Source: Octopus vulgaris (lineage: Eukaryota). From it: DNA of 64,000 nucleotides. Positions 27,701 to 43,565 of this stretch are shown piece after piece (position 1 is the first letter of the stretch; the number at the start of each line of letters is the position of its first letter). A program made the position numbers and the translations under genes. The stretch spans positions 214,520,001-214,584,000 of the forward strand of contig OX597814.1 of NCBI GenBank assembly GCA_951406725.2, given 5' to 3'. The notes under the pieces are model-generated. The model was not told where the DNA came from and searched no databases. It was given only the letters and a program-made list of their open reading frames with translations.

Positions 27701-28222
27701 CATTAATTATGGAAGTATTTCATGGAAGATAAAGAGCAAGTAATACATTACTTTTAATTACTCCTCAGGGCATGATAAATTATTAATGACCAGTAATTTA
27801 AGAGTCACTTCGATTAAATTTACCTTTCCTAAACAGAAATTTACTTTATACCTAGCAATATGGAATCAATATTTTAGGCCTGGTTCAACAGGCAAAGATG
27901 ATGTATATTTTCTTTTATCACAAGCTGATGCTAAGTACTGAAGGGAGCAGCTACATGATCATTCAACCTGTTAGAAATAGCAACTACATACCCCTTAAAA
28001 TACGAAGGACAGTTAAAATATGGGACAGTCAAAGCTAGAACACCTTTGAACATAGATTTGTTTGATCAGGTCTGACATGAAATTAAACAACAATAAGTAA
28101 GAAATTAAAACTCAACAACTGATGACACTCATGTGTAGATATAAACTTTATGTTTTATAATAATCTTAGTATCTGACACATTTTAAAGACTTTTTTTTTT
28201 ACAAAATAACATTGCATAAAAT

Positions 28223-28512
28223 GTTGGGGCAAGTGAAATCGAAATCGAAATTGAAATCGAAATCGAAATCGAAACTGGTGGTATGTAAAAAGCACCATCT
28301 GAATCGTGGCCGATGCCGTTGCCACCTCGACTGGCTTCCGTGCCAGTGGCACGTAAAATGCACCCACTACACTCATGGAGTGGTTGGCGTTAGGAAGGGC
28401 ATCCAGCTGTAGAAACATTGCCAGATAAGACTGGAGCCTGGTGCAGCCTCTGGCTTCCCAGATCCCCGGTCGAACTGTCCAACCCATGCTAGCATGGAGA
28501 ACGGACGTTAAA
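28223..28512 (+). mobile_element. RTE-like LINE 3' UTR fragment
   Basis: Matches 21300-21500; TSD AATAACATTGCATAAAAT. Confidence 0.85.
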
Positions 28513-28995
28513 CAATAACATTGCATAAAATATAGTTAATTGATTCCGCAAATAGTACAGATGATTAGCAGAACCATAAGTGTCAGACTTGTGATAACAT
28601 CTCCATTTCTTTGCCTTCATCACTATCATCATCATCACCATCATTTAACATCCATCTTCCATCCTGGCATTAGTTGGACATTCTGAGTTCATATCCTGTT
28701 GGGGCTCACCTTTGCCTTTCATCTTTCTGGGGGCTATAAACAATTAACGTGTGTATTTCCATCCAGCGATGCCCAGTGATTGCCAATTTTAACTCCCCAT
28801 TTCTTTAAGGGTTTTGGCATGAAATTGGTTGCAAACATTGATTAGCTGTTGAAGGACTTTACAAATATTAATATTATATAACATTAATATTATGTTAACA
28901 TTATATAAATATCAATAATAATATATTCACTCAATGACCTATTGCATGAGAGTCTGCTTTTTTCAAACTCAAGAAAACTTAAAGGATAATTATGC

Positions 28996-29026
<31 letters not shown>

Positions 29027-29027
<1 letters not shown>

Positions 29028-29717
29028 GCAGTACAGGGTACCTGTGGAAGAGGTAGACCCAAGAATATTTGGGATGAGGTGGTGACGCATGAACTTTGAA
29101 AGTTGGACTTCAAGGAGGTGATGAGAAGTGACTGAGACCTTTGGAGATATGCTGTGCTTGAGAAGACCCAGCAAGCCAAGTGAGACCGTAACTGTGGCCT
29201 ATACTAGTGTAGCATAACCAGCCCATTTTAAAGTACCCTTCAATCTTTAGGCAATAAACTGCATTTGAGAAGGCCTGTTGAGTCAAGTGAAGTCATTGTC
29301 ATGGCCGATGCCAGTACCTTCTGATTGGCATCTGTGCCAGTGGCATGTAAAAAGTATCACTCGAGTGTAGTTGATGCCAGTACTGGCTGACTGGGCCTGT
29401 GCCAGTGGCACATAAAAAGCACCATTCAAACATGGTTGTTGCTAGTGCTGCCTGACTGGCTCTTGTGCTGGTGGCACGTAAAAAGCGCCATTCAAGTGTG
29501 GTTAATTCTAGTACCACCTGACTGGCTCCCCCCACCCATACCAGTGGCATGTAAAAAGCACCCACTACACTCTCGGAGTCATTGAGTTAGGAAGGGCATC
29601 CAGCTGTAGAAACTTTGCCAGACCAGATTGGAGCCTGGTGCAGCCTTCTGGCTTGTCAACCCTCAGTCAAATGGTCCAACCCATGCCAACATGGAAAGCA
29701 TTAAACAATGACGATGA

Positions 29718-29720
<3 letters not shown>
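29027..29720 (+). mobile_element. RTE-like LINE 3' fragment (ORF end plus 3' UTR) in (TA)n
   Basis: GTCGRGRPK...WRYAVLEKT, 3' UTR, GAT tail. Confidence 0.85.
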
Positions 29721-29753
<33 letters not shown>

Positions 29754-29765
29754 TTTATTATTTTA

Positions 29766-30168
29766 TTCTTTTACTTGTTTCAGTCACTTGACTGCGGCCA
29801 TGCTGGAGCACCGCGTTTAGTCGAGCAAATCGACCACGGGACTTATTCTTTTGTAAGCCCAGTACTTATTCTATCGGTCTCTTTTGCTGAACCACTAAGT
29901 GACGGGGACGTAAACACACCAGCATCGGTTGTCAAGCAATGCTAGGGGAACAAACACAGACACACAAACATATACACACACACTTATATATATATACATA
30001 TATACGACAGGCTTCTTTCAGTTTCCGTCTACGAAATCCACTCACAAAGCATTGGTCAGCCCGGGGCTATAGCAGAAGACACTTGCCCAAGATGCCACGC
30101 AGTGGGACTGAACCCGGAACCATGTGGTTGGTTAGCAAGCTACTTACCACACAGCCACTCCTGCGCCT
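29766..30168 (-). mobile_element. SINE-B, full length
   Basis: Reverse complement of 9393-9808. Confidence 0.9.
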
Positions 30169-30204
30169 ATATATATATATATTTATATACATTCTTTATT
30201 ATTT

Positions 30205-30477
30205 CATTCTTTTACTTGTTTCAGTCACTTTACTGTGCCATGCTGGAGCACTGCCTTTAGTCGATCAAATCGGCCCCAGGACTTATTCTTTGTGGGCCTA
30301 GTACTTATTCTATCGGTCTCTTTTGCCAAACCGCTAAGTTATGGGGGCATAAACACTCCAGCATTGATTCTCAAGTGATGTTTGGGTGACAAAAACAAAC
30401 ACGCAAACATATACACATAGATACACACGTACAAACATACATACAAACATACATACATACATACATACATGCATACA

Positions 30478-30543
<66 letters not shown>

Positions 30544-31315
30544 GGTTTGGAGATGATGTACAGGTATTATATATTAGTAGAAATGAGGTACTCAGAAATC
30601 TGGATGGTTTTATATTTATAGATTAATAAAAATCTATAAATATAAAACCATCCAGATTTCTGAGTACCTTATTTCTTCTAATATCATCATCATCATCATC
30701 ATCATCATCATCGTTTAACGTCCGTTTTCCATGCTAGCATGGATTGGACAGTTCGACCGGGGTCTGGGAAGCCAGGAGGCTGCACCAGGCTCCAGTCTGA
30801 TCTGGCAGTGTTTCTATGGCTGGATGCCATTCCTAATGCCAACCATTCTGTGAGTGTAGTGGGTGCTTTTTATGTGCCACCAGCACAGGGGCCAGGGGAG
30901 GCTGGCAACGGCCATGATCGGTTGGTGGTTTTTATGTGCCACTGGCACGGAAGCCAGTCATGGTGGCACTGGCATCGATGATGTACGGATGGTGCTTTTT
31001 ACATGCCTCCGGCACAGGTGTCAGGGGAGACTGGCAATGGCCACGATCGGTTGGTGGTTTTTACGTGCCACCGACATGGAAGCCAGTCAAGGCGGCGCTG
31101 GCATCGGCCACATATGGATGATATATATATATATGATATATATATATAATATATACAATGGGCTTCTTTCAGTTTCTGTCAACCAAATCCACAAATCCAC
31201 TCACAAGCCTTTGGTCAGCCTGACGCCATAGTAGAAGACACTTGGTGCCATGCAGTGGGACTGAAACTGGAACCATGTGGTTGGTAATCAAGCTACTTAC
31301 CACACATCCACTTCT
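30205..31315 (-). mobile_element. SINE-B split at its internal (TA)n by a foldback element (30571-30684) and an RTE 3' fragment (30685-31120)
   Basis: SINE-B 3' half 30205-30420 and 5' half 31155-31315 flank the inserts. Confidence 0.7.
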
Positions 31316-31572
31316 GCACGTATGTATATGTATACATATATATATGCATGTAGCATCATAGTTTTTAATGTCCATGTTTCCATGTCTTGCAAGGGTCAGA
31401 TGGAATCCTTTGAGGTAGATTTTCTACACCCAGATGCCCATCTGTTGCCAGCCCTCACTTGTTTCTAAGCAACATAATATTTCCCAGGTATGTTTTACAC
31501 AGAAGATTGGAAATGAACTACATTGTTTGTATGATGGTAATGCTTGTTTACAACCATCACATGATGTCAAGT

Positions 31573-31668
<96 letters not shown>

Positions 31669-31914
31669 TACACACAGATACACTTATGATGGACTATGAT
31701 GGACTTCTTTCAAAGTCTATCTACCTAATCTATTCCCAAGGATTTTGTCAGCCTAGGGTTACCATAAAAGGCACTTACCCCAAGTGGCAAACAGTGGGAT
31801 TAAACCTGAGTCCATATGCTTGTGGAGCAAGCTTCTAAACCACACAGCTACGTCTGTACCATATATATATATACCATATATATATATATATATTTATCTA
31901 TATATATGTATGTA

Positions 31915-31956
<42 letters not shown>

Positions 31957-32310
31957 TAGATAGATAGATAGATATGTATCCTTTCTTAATTAGTTTAATA
32001 TGTAAAATATAATTATTGTGTAAATTAAAAAGAATCAACCATGCTCTCGTATACACACGCAAACATAATTATCAATGTAAGACATAAACATCACCAACTG
32101 CAGTCAAACTTGATAATACATACATGCATACCTACATACATACATGCATGCATACATACATATATACATATATACACATACGCACACATATGCACACTCA
32201 CACACACATACATACACACACACCTATATATAAACACAAATATGTATATGATCCAAACCATTCTAATATGGAAAACATGGTAAACAGATGTTAAAAGATG
32301 ATGATGATGA

Positions 32311-32404
<94 letters not shown>
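32311..32404. repeat. (TATC)n microsatellite
   Basis: Direct. Confidence 0.97.
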
Positions 32405-32405
<1 letters not shown>

Positions 32406-32799
32406 AAATGTGAGCACATAACGTATGAGTACATATATTTATAAATATATTATTTATACACATACACACACATACACACACATACACACACACCACACAC
32501 ATATGCATATACATTAAAGTACGAATAAGGCAGTAGCCAATTGCTGGGGTTGCTCTCTCTCTCTCACTTTCTCAAAATAGTCCTCATGAAAGGATTATGA
32601 GGGCCTTGTGCCCAAAGAAATTGAGGATGGTTGGGTGAGGGTCTAGTAGCCTCTTCACAACTTGCATGCTACAAAAAAAACAAAACAAAAACAAAACTGC
32701 TCCAAAACACCAGAGATAGCAAGCATGGATAAGCCGATGTGCTGTTTAGCATGAAATGGTTTCAAAGCACACATGCTAACCATATTCAGATAATAAAAA

Positions 32800-34730
<1,931 letters not shown>

Positions 34731-37039
34731 ATGTAGGCAGAGAATTACAATTTTAGAACACAAGGAAATTATAAGAGATGCTCATGCATATCCTGTAGAC
34801 ATGTGTCCAAGGTCCATTTTTTTTTCTTCTCTTTTTTCTTTTATATTCTTGATAAAAATGTAGTCTTTGAATCACTTCATTTCCACCAATATTTGCCAGT
34901 CTGGTAATTCCATCCATCTACCTTTGATTGTGCTGTCACCTAGTTCGAAGTTTGTTTGTATTTTGACCAGTTGACAATTGCTGGGCAACAACAAAGGTAG
35001 CATTGATTGCATTGTCTGACAGGCTCCACTTGATATGAAATTAAATTTAATGCTTTTCTTACATCATTTGAAATTCAGAGCTGTTTAATGCATTCTGTTA
35101 TTTTCTTAGAACTCAGAACCCTTTTTTTTTTCAGTCCTCTCTCCTCCAGACCTATTACCAGTACTACTCTACAGAGAACTAAACTGGTTTGCTGCTGCTA
35201 CTGTTTTGTTTTGTTTTACTCAATAGAGGAATATCAGGGAGACAGCTTCAAACACCAGAAGCAGATAGTACATCTGCTACTCATAGAGATGCTTTGCAAA
35301 TCCTTACTGAAAATTTACTGTGTGATGCAAAAATAAATAAATTCCAAAAGTAAACTTAAGAATACAGAGAGTAAGTGAGTGAGTGTGAGTGAGAGAGAGA
35401 GAGAAAGAGAGAGAAAGAAAGAGAGTGAGAGAGAAGAGGAAATAAAAAGAACATATATAATCTTTTATACTTTTTAACCAATTACTAACTCCACATTTTG
35501 GAAGCTTTTATTTTTATTTTTATTATTTTGCTGGAGGTACTAGTTCTTGTTAAGTTTCTTTGCTAAGTTATATGCTTCTGTGATATCTACTGACCAGCCA
35601 TAGATTCAAATTGCAATGTAATACTGTGGCAGCGTCTTAAGACTTGTATGATTCCATGTTGTGTAAGCCTAGTTTGGTTGGTAAGAGCTACTGATACTGC
35701 TATTAATGTTCTCATTATTTGTTGCTGCTGATAATGATGATAATAATGATGATAGCTATGGTGGTGATGGTGGTGGCGGTGGTGATGGTGGCAATGGTGG
35801 TGGTGCTGATAGTGTCATAGTATTGTTACTGATGTAGATATAAGTAGAAATTGTAGGCGTGTGCCTTTGTACGGTGTGTTCCTTTTTTCTCTCTCTGTTA
35901 CTACCACTACTTCTATTACCAAGGTTTAATATTCTGGAAGTGAAAATTCTGCCTAAAAAGCTGAAATGCAAAAAAGTGTATGCAAATACATTTATCTAGT
36001 TTCTTTTGAAATCTAATTAAATCTTGAATAGTCATTTATGCACATGTATATACATGCATTTGATTGCATGTCTGCAAGTGCATTGTGCTTTTATGCAAGC
36101 ACACATGTTTATATTTGGCATAAAAACTAGTTTGTATTACTAATGTTGTACGCATATATAAACATTGTATTCAAATTTTATCACATTTTAAAATCTAATC
36201 TTTTCATATTTTTGTGAATTTACATTTTGAATATCTTGATAACATCTATTCGCTAATTGTGTCACTTAGTCTTTTTATATTTCTTTAAGAAAAATTGATG
36301 AGGGGGGAAAAAAGAATAAGAACGAAAGAGAAGATTAGGGGGTTAAAAAAGACCTTAATTATCAACAAAGAAGCTGTCTGTAAGGAGGCAATGACATGGC
36401 AGAAGGTAGGAGGAGATGTTTGAAGGGAAAGTGAGAGTAAGAGATGAAGGAATGTCATAAGTAAAAGTTAGTTGTGAAAGGCTATTTAGTGAGATGAAGT
36501 AGGAACTGCAGATAAGATGTAAGATGGTGAAGAGGTCTGGGGAAGAGGCTTATTTAGATTAGGTTCTTTGACTTGAGTTATCCTCCCCGTCCTCTTCTCT
36601 GATTTAATAACACCTGCTTTTCTAACATTTTATACTATGCTGTGGCCCCACCAAAAATACCATCTCGTATCAGAAACCAACACTCTGATTTGCTTGGTTT
36701 ACAGTCACAGAGGAACCAAGCAACTGATACAGAATAAAAATAAACATTGGAGAAAAAAGAAGAAAAAAAAGGAAAATGAGGTCAGAGGTGATATTTAATG
36801 TCAGCTTGCCTTGTTGCTGTAGAATTTTGCCTAAATTCATTATTTTCCTTCTTAAATATTTTATATTTTGCTACAAATAAAACCCAATTTACAAATCTAA
36901 TTGTAGAAACCCTATCAGTAGGTGTTAGTGCTTATTTATGAATATTATTGCCACATTTTTTTTTGAGAAAAATATGAGAGATTTATTAAAATTCTGTAAA
37001 GATAAATTGAGTTTTGGATTGTTTTGTATTTCTTACTCT

Positions 37040-37440
37040 CTTTCTCTTTTACTCTTTTACTTGTTTCAGTCATTTGACTGCGGCCATGCTGGAGCACCAC
37101 CTTTAATCGAGGAACTCGACCCCGGGACTTATTCTTTTGTAAGCCCAGTACTTATTCTATCGGTCTCTTTTGCCGAACCGCTATGTAACGGGGACATAAA
37201 CACACCAGCATCGGTTGTCAAGCAATGCTAGGGGACAAACACAGACACACACACATACACATACATATATATATATACGACAGGCTTCTTTTCAGTTTCC
37301 GTCTACCAAATTCACGCTCACAAGGCTTTGGTCGGCCCGAGGCTATAGTAGAAGACACTTGCCCAAGGTGCCACACAGTGGGACTGAACCCGGAACCATG
37401 TGGTTGGTAAACAAGCTACTTACCACACAGCCACTCTTGC
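37040..37440 (-). mobile_element. SINE-B
   Basis: Full-length reverse copy. Confidence 0.9.
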
Positions 37441-37644
37441 ACTATATCTACTTTTATTTAAACAGTGGCACCAACCATGAGTTTAGAAACATTGAACAGA
37501 GTTTTGAAATTTCTATAATTTTTTTATTCAAGCTATAAAGCAAACAAATGGTCTAAACCTGTTACTTAATCTACCATTAAATATTCTACAAAGAAAAAAA
37601 AATGACACTTTATTAATTATATATGTTCACATATATATCTTTTC

Positions 37645-38020
37645 TTCTTTTTACTTGTTTCAGTCATTTGACTGCGGCCATGCTGGAGCACTGCCTTTAA
37701 TCGAGCAAATCGACCCCGGGACTTATTCTTTGTAAGCCCAGTACTTATTCTATCGGTCTCTTTTGCCGAACCGCTAAGTGACGGGGATGTAAACACACCA
37801 GCATCGGTTGTCAAGCAATGCTAGGGGGACAAACACACACATACATATATATACATATATACGACAGGCTTCTTTCAGTTTCCGTCTACCAATTCCACTC
37901 ACAAGGCATTGGTCAGCCCGGGGCTATAGCAGAAGACACTTACCCAAGATGTCACGCAGTGGGACTGAACCCGGAACCATGTGGCTGGTTAGCAAGCTAC
38001 TTACCACACAGCCACTCCTG
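37645..38020 (-). mobile_element. SINE-B
   Basis: Full-length reverse copy. Confidence 0.9.
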
Positions 38021-38543
38021 TACAAATATATATCTTTTCCATGTGTTTTAATTGTTATCCCACATAAAATTTAAAGTGCCATATATTCGGCAAAATATAT
38101 TCACAGCTCAATATCCAATGTTATATCCTTTTTTCTCAATGAGTTAACGACATTTGAGAGGCTTAGACTTAATTAAGCTCTTGCAACAAAATATGAAAAT
38201 TCATTCACAGGATTCTTTGATCACATTGAACAGATGGCTGAGATTCAATAGTTTCTGAGTTCTGACATCATGATCAGCTTTATTCTAAAATTTACCCATA
38301 GGATTAAAATCAGAGTATTCAGCAGACCAGAACATTAGCTCAATTTTTTTATTTTAATGAATTTGCTTAACTAAATGTTTGGTGTGTATGGAGTTGTTAA
38401 TATGCACCAGCATCCCTTTGAACAGCAGTCATTGAAGTAATGCAAAAGAACATCTCTCTAGGTGCTTTTGTATAATTCCTTATCAGTGGTGTCAGTGATA
38501 CAATGAACAGGTCTTGAACTGTGAGTTAAGAAAACATCTAGAC

Positions 38544-38822
38544 CAGTGGTTCTCAGCAAGGATCCATATGATATTTGGGGGTCCACGTAATAAAATAGTA
38601 AATTGGGGATCCACAATGACCTTTTAAGGGTCCCAGCTAGGTTTCTTTTTCTAATATTTTACATAGTTCAAACTATAGAAGTTAATTGAGTGAAAAACAA
38701 AACAGGAGTTTTGAAAGAAGTTTCTATAAAACTATTCTTTAAACGTCGAATGGGTATAGGGTCCACCAGAATAAATTAAAATCAAAGGAGTTCATAGATA
38801 AAAAAATGGTTGAGAACCCTTG
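38544..38822. mobile_element. hAT MITE related to 23563-23868
   Basis: CAGTGGTTCTCA...TGAGAACCCTTG; imperfect TSD ATCTAGAC/TCTTAGAC. Confidence 0.75.
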
Positions 38823-39469
38823 TCTTAGACCCTGGAAACAATTGATATTCAATTCTTCATTAGGACAATATATACATTCTGCCATCATGTCCAGATTTTT
38901 TAAACTTGTGTTCATTTACATAACTCTACTCAGCAGGAGTCTATCAAAACAATATAAATTGGCAGAGTTGTTCAACATAAAGCCACCTGCCCAACACACC
39001 TATTTTCTATTGTTTAAGGAAAATTTCTTTTCCATTTAAAAAGAATTTTTACCAGCCCTCAAACTCTCTGTTTCAGATAAGTAACCAGCAGTAACATTTC
39101 CATTTTTGACATTCTGTTCAAAAATATTTTTTTCTGAATTGAATGTATTCAACATCAGAGATTACAATTATGCAAGAAAAAATTCTGGTTCATGGTTATA
39201 ATTAGGGTATTAAGGTCTGGGTTTATGGTTAGGCTTAAAGTTAGGGTTTATGTTTAACTCTTAGGGTTAGGGAGTGGAGTTTAGATTAGATAGGAAAAAT
39301 AACTGAAAAAAGATGAACTTGTGAATTTTTTTTATTTTTTACATACATTCAAAATTTTTAGTGTTTAAAATGTAGAAATTGTCCCCAAAATTGTTGAAAA
39401 ATTGAAAAGGTATAGGGGAGTGCTTATTGCATAACTCAGCTATATATTGTGTGTATATATATTTATATA

Positions 39470-39688
39470 CAAGGGGTTGCTGTAAAGTTCCTAGCTTTAA
39501 AAGCATCATGAAAGGCCTGGTTGGAGGCCCAACCTTTCAAGGTTCTTTTACAGAGCTTAGAAAAATTGAAGGATCGCTGCAATAAGTGTGTGAATCTATG
39601 AAGGGAGATATGTTGAACAAACTCATAATCAACTGGTCTGCCTGTCTCTTCTTTTACCCAAAGCCAGGAACTTTTCAGCACCCCCTCA
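39470..39688. mobile_element. mariner-type MITE
   Basis: TA|CAAGGGGTTGCTGTAAAGTTCCTAGCTT...AAGCCAGGAACTTTTCAGCACCCCCTCA|TA. Confidence 0.75.
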
Positions 39689-39708
39689 TATACATATACA
39701 TCCATCCA

Positions 39709-39710
<2 letters not shown>

Positions 39711-39763
<53 letters not shown>

Positions 39764-39819
39764 CCACCACCACCATCACCACCACCACCACCACCACCAC
39801 CACCACCACCACCACCACC

Positions 39820-39853
<34 letters not shown>

Positions 39854-40110
39854 TCATCACCATCACCACCACCACTACCATCATCATCGCTTAACATCTG
39901 TTTTCATGCTGGCATGGGTTGAACAGTTTGACTAAGGTCTGGAAAGCCAGTGGCCGCACCAAGTTTACAACCTGATCTGGCAAAGCTTCTACAGCTGGAT
40001 GCCCTTCCTAATGTCAATCACTCCAAGAGTGTAGTGGGTGCTTTTTTACATGCCAGCGGCACGGGGACCAGTCAGATGATCCTGGCATCGATCATGTTCA
40101 GATAGTGCTT
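39711..40110 (-). mobile_element. RTE-like 3' fragment with expanded (CAT)n/(CAC)n tail
   Basis: CAGCTGGATGCCCTTCCTAA 3' UTR block; tail 39711-39887. Confidence 0.8.
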
Positions 40111-40939
40111 TCTTTTGTGATGCAGCGCGGATTTTTGTCAGTGAACATGTCGTGGTCTTAAAACGACGAAAATATTTTGACAAATTAAACTTAAACGTTG
40201 AAGTGAATCGAACGGCTTTTGTGTGTTTCTTAAATGGCTTACAAACACCTTCCACGCTGCAATTGTTTCCGTTTCAGCACACAATCTCAGATCAAATCAC
40301 TTGCTATGCAAGTACATCTCCATAATTTATTTTGTTTGTTTTCTTGTTTATTATTAATACCACAACTATAAGCTAGAAAAAGTATCTATTTTGTAAATAG
40401 ATTGATTGAAGTTATTTGAACTATTGTAATGTGCTTTAAACAATGTCACATCACAATATTCATGAATTCATTAATTGTTTGCACATTTTCTGACATTCTA
40501 TTCATTTAGTCATTATCTTTCTTGGGAGTCACTGATTATTTATCAAATTTTCTTGTTATAATATAATAATATTAATTTTTGCTATTATTAATTTACAGTA
40601 TAAGATAAATAAAATAAAATATATAAAGAGAAATGATATGCAACTCAGATGATCACAGTGATATTAGTTGAAATCAAAATAGACATCATAAAAAAATACT
40701 TATTAAAATGGTTATAGTAGTAATAAAAGGCATATTCCAGTTATCAACTTATTCTGCAAACTAAAGGAATATAAGCAAATATCAGTAAATTTATCAGTTT
40801 ACATAGAACTACGCTATAAATTTTTTTGATGTCTGCTTATGCGAACTCTTCATTTTATTACATAATTAAGTAAGTTGCTAAAAATTATTTCAAGTCATGT
40901 GAACATAGACTGACATTTTTTAAATGTAGTGTATGTATA

Positions 40940-40980
<41 letters not shown>

Positions 40981-41104
40981 TGTGTATGTGCACACATGCA
41001 TGTGCATGAGTGTGTTTTAAAAAATGCAAGACATTTTAATTAAGTTACTTGAATATGCCTTAAAACTCTGAAATAGTAAAGTTTCCAGTTAGTGGTCACA
41101 TGTA

Positions 41105-42618
41105 CAGTGTGTCCCCAAAAATGTATATACACAGTGAATGTTTATGAAGTCAATGTTTATTAAACTACGTTGCATTTTCAAAATTTAATAGAATCTACTG
41201 ACAGAATTTTATTATTTTATTTGAATACCTCTTTTCAAACTGATGACTGTTCTGGTTTGGACACTGCTTATAATGTGAAGCAGTAGAATTGTAAACATCA
41301 TCATCATCATCATCATCATCGTTTAACATCCGTTCTCCATGCTAGCATGGGTTGGACGGTTCGACCAGGGACCTGGGAAGCCAGAAGGCTGCACCAGGAC
41401 TCAATGGATCTCCTCAAGCACAGGGTCAAAACGGTGTTTCTTTACTTGCCATCTGCACAGGAGTCAGTCCAGCGGCCCTGGCAACTGCCGGGTGCCAGTC
41501 ATAGGATTGGTTCAATTTCGAATTCGATTTCGACTTCGCTTGCCTCAACAGGTCTTCGTGTGTCCAAGGAAGAAAAGGCATGCATAAGTGGGCAAGAAGC
41601 ATTTTGTTTGGTATTTGTGCACATTCTTATTAAATGGTTGCCTTTGATTCATCAAATGTCACTGGTTTTGTAGCATAAACCTTATTAAGTATCCCCATAA
41701 AAAAATGTCTAATGGTGTGTGGTCCAGTAAATGCCAAGGTTATTCTACTTAACCTCTTCATCCAATCCACCTGTTTGGCAAAATTTCATAAAAGTAAGTC
41801 CTTACTTTACTAAGGTTGTGTAGGGGTGCCCTCTTGCTGGAGACAAAACTCCACCTCTTCAAAGTCCTCTTGAATGCATGGCATAACAGTTTGTAGCAGC
41901 AAGATCAAGTAAATGGGACCCATCATAGCTTCATCGAAAAAGAATGATCTAATTAATCCTTTTGATAATTAGCCTCACCACACTGCAATGCCTGGTAAAT
42001 TAACATGATATTCCTCTGTAATACGTGAATTCTTGGGTCCTCTGTAGGTGCAATTGTGGTTGTTGATTATGCTGGTTAATTTAAATGTAGTCTCTTCTCT
42101 CCAAATATTCCTTTTTTTGGAAAGTATGCATCTTGTACACATCTTCAAACTGGATCATCTTCATTGAGAGCATGGACTATTCTCGGAATGTGACTTTCCC
42201 AATGACAGTGCTTTCCAAATGTGATGGACATTGATTTTGTAATTCCTATCTCATAACTCACTTGCTGCATTAATTTTCTTGAACTCTGGCAATATGTTTT
42301 TAGTCCACTTTCTTGCTTTGTGGAGCTTGACAGCATCTGTGGACTTCCAGAGCATTTCCTATCGACATTCTGAATAGTTCCATTTGCTTTAAACTTATCA
42401 AGAGATGGAGTTATTTTGGATTTCTTTGAAACTCTCTCCTAAATTGTCCTTGCCCTGTGACTGCATTTTCAAACTTCCAGTGGCACTTTAGGATAGATTT
42501 CCCTTGTCCAAAGCTTAATCTGTCCCCTTTCATTATTTATAATGGGTTAAATTTAAAAAGAAATGAAAGTTGAGTTATCATCTTTTAAAACGTGTATACA
42601 TTTTTTGGAGACACCCTG
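41105..42618 (-). mobile_element. decayed Tc1/mariner-superfamily transposon containing an RTE 3' insertion (41297-41592)
   Basis: TIR CAG(T/G)GTGTC(C/T)CCAAAAA...TGTATAC, TA TSD; minus-strand QQEGTP (QQDGAP-like) and LWGYL-NKVYATKP remnants. Confidence 0.8.
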
Positions 42619-42760
42619 TATACTTTACTCACAAGATCATATAAGGCAAATTGTGATTAAAACATTAATAAGCTGTGAATGAATAAAATAAAAATAACAA
42701 ATACTATCTACCTATGGTGATTTAGTAACCAACAAAACTAGGGTCAGCATCTAAGCTTAC

Positions 42761-42799
42761 CTTTTGTACTTGGACAGATGTGATGGTCCCAAAGCGATC
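42761..42799 (-). CDS. candidate 39-nt internal exon (DRFGTITSVQVQK)
   Basis: TTTTGTTTTACAG acceptor, AAG|GTAAGC donor, phase-0 open, unique sequence; no homology confirmed. Confidence 0.4.
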
Positions 42800-43243
42800 C
42801 TGTAAAACAAAAATGTAGTGATGTCTTTTTGATTCTTCTATTTCATTACTATTACCCACTCTTAGCATTGAGCACATAACATTTAGGAATACACATTCGC
42901 ATTAGGATTTTAGCCTTTCTGTTTTTTATATCTATTTTTTCATTCTAGGATTATTGGGAGGCTTTTTGTTCCTGGACCATTGACTTACTTCACTAGACGT
43001 GATTCCTTCTGCTAACTACTTGGCTGTCAATGGTAAACCTTGGTTAAGTAGACAAAGTGGATACTACTTGAAATGTCTTTACTCCAATAGTAAGATGGGA
43101 TTTTTTTTTCTCACAGTTTAGGACATGAATAAATATGAGTATGATACAACAATAGCAGATATACAAGTATCTCAAACCCACAAATGAAAAGTCTATGCTT
43201 AAAATGTGCAAAATTTTTCTCAAAAGTTTGCTGGAAGAATTAA

Positions 43244-43390
43244 CCCTTTTGTTACTATATTTATTTTGAGATGCTCTGTGTTTCTTTCAATTACTTTAAA
43301 TATAACAAAGAATTCAGTAAAATAACTTAGTTATCATTCAGCTAGTGTATTAGGAACATAAATTGTGGCTAATGTTTGGTGGAAGAACTT
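43244..43390. mobile_element. partial piggyBac-like MITE
   Basis: TTAA|CCCTTTTGTTAC; matches 22928-23148 in reverse. Confidence 0.7.
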
Positions 43391-43565
43391 TTGATATGTA
43401 TTTGTGCTGTGAGTGAAGCAGAAAAAATATATATATAGCATGGAAAAAAATGTAATCCTTTTTGTATTTCTGTTGAGATACACTGCCTTTGTTTCAGTTA
43501 ATTTTGGAAATTAGAAGAATTAAGCAGAATAACTTTGTCATATTAAAGCCGATGTTTGGAAGATA

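Noticed and set aside
39200-39275. TTAGGG telomere-like motifs
   Set aside because: Only a few scattered, degenerate units
42949-43035. Plus-strand segment reading PGPLTYFTRRDSF after an acceptor-like site, reminiscent from memory of BBS9/PTHB1
   Set aside because: Stops in all three frames, very short match, cannot be verified without a search
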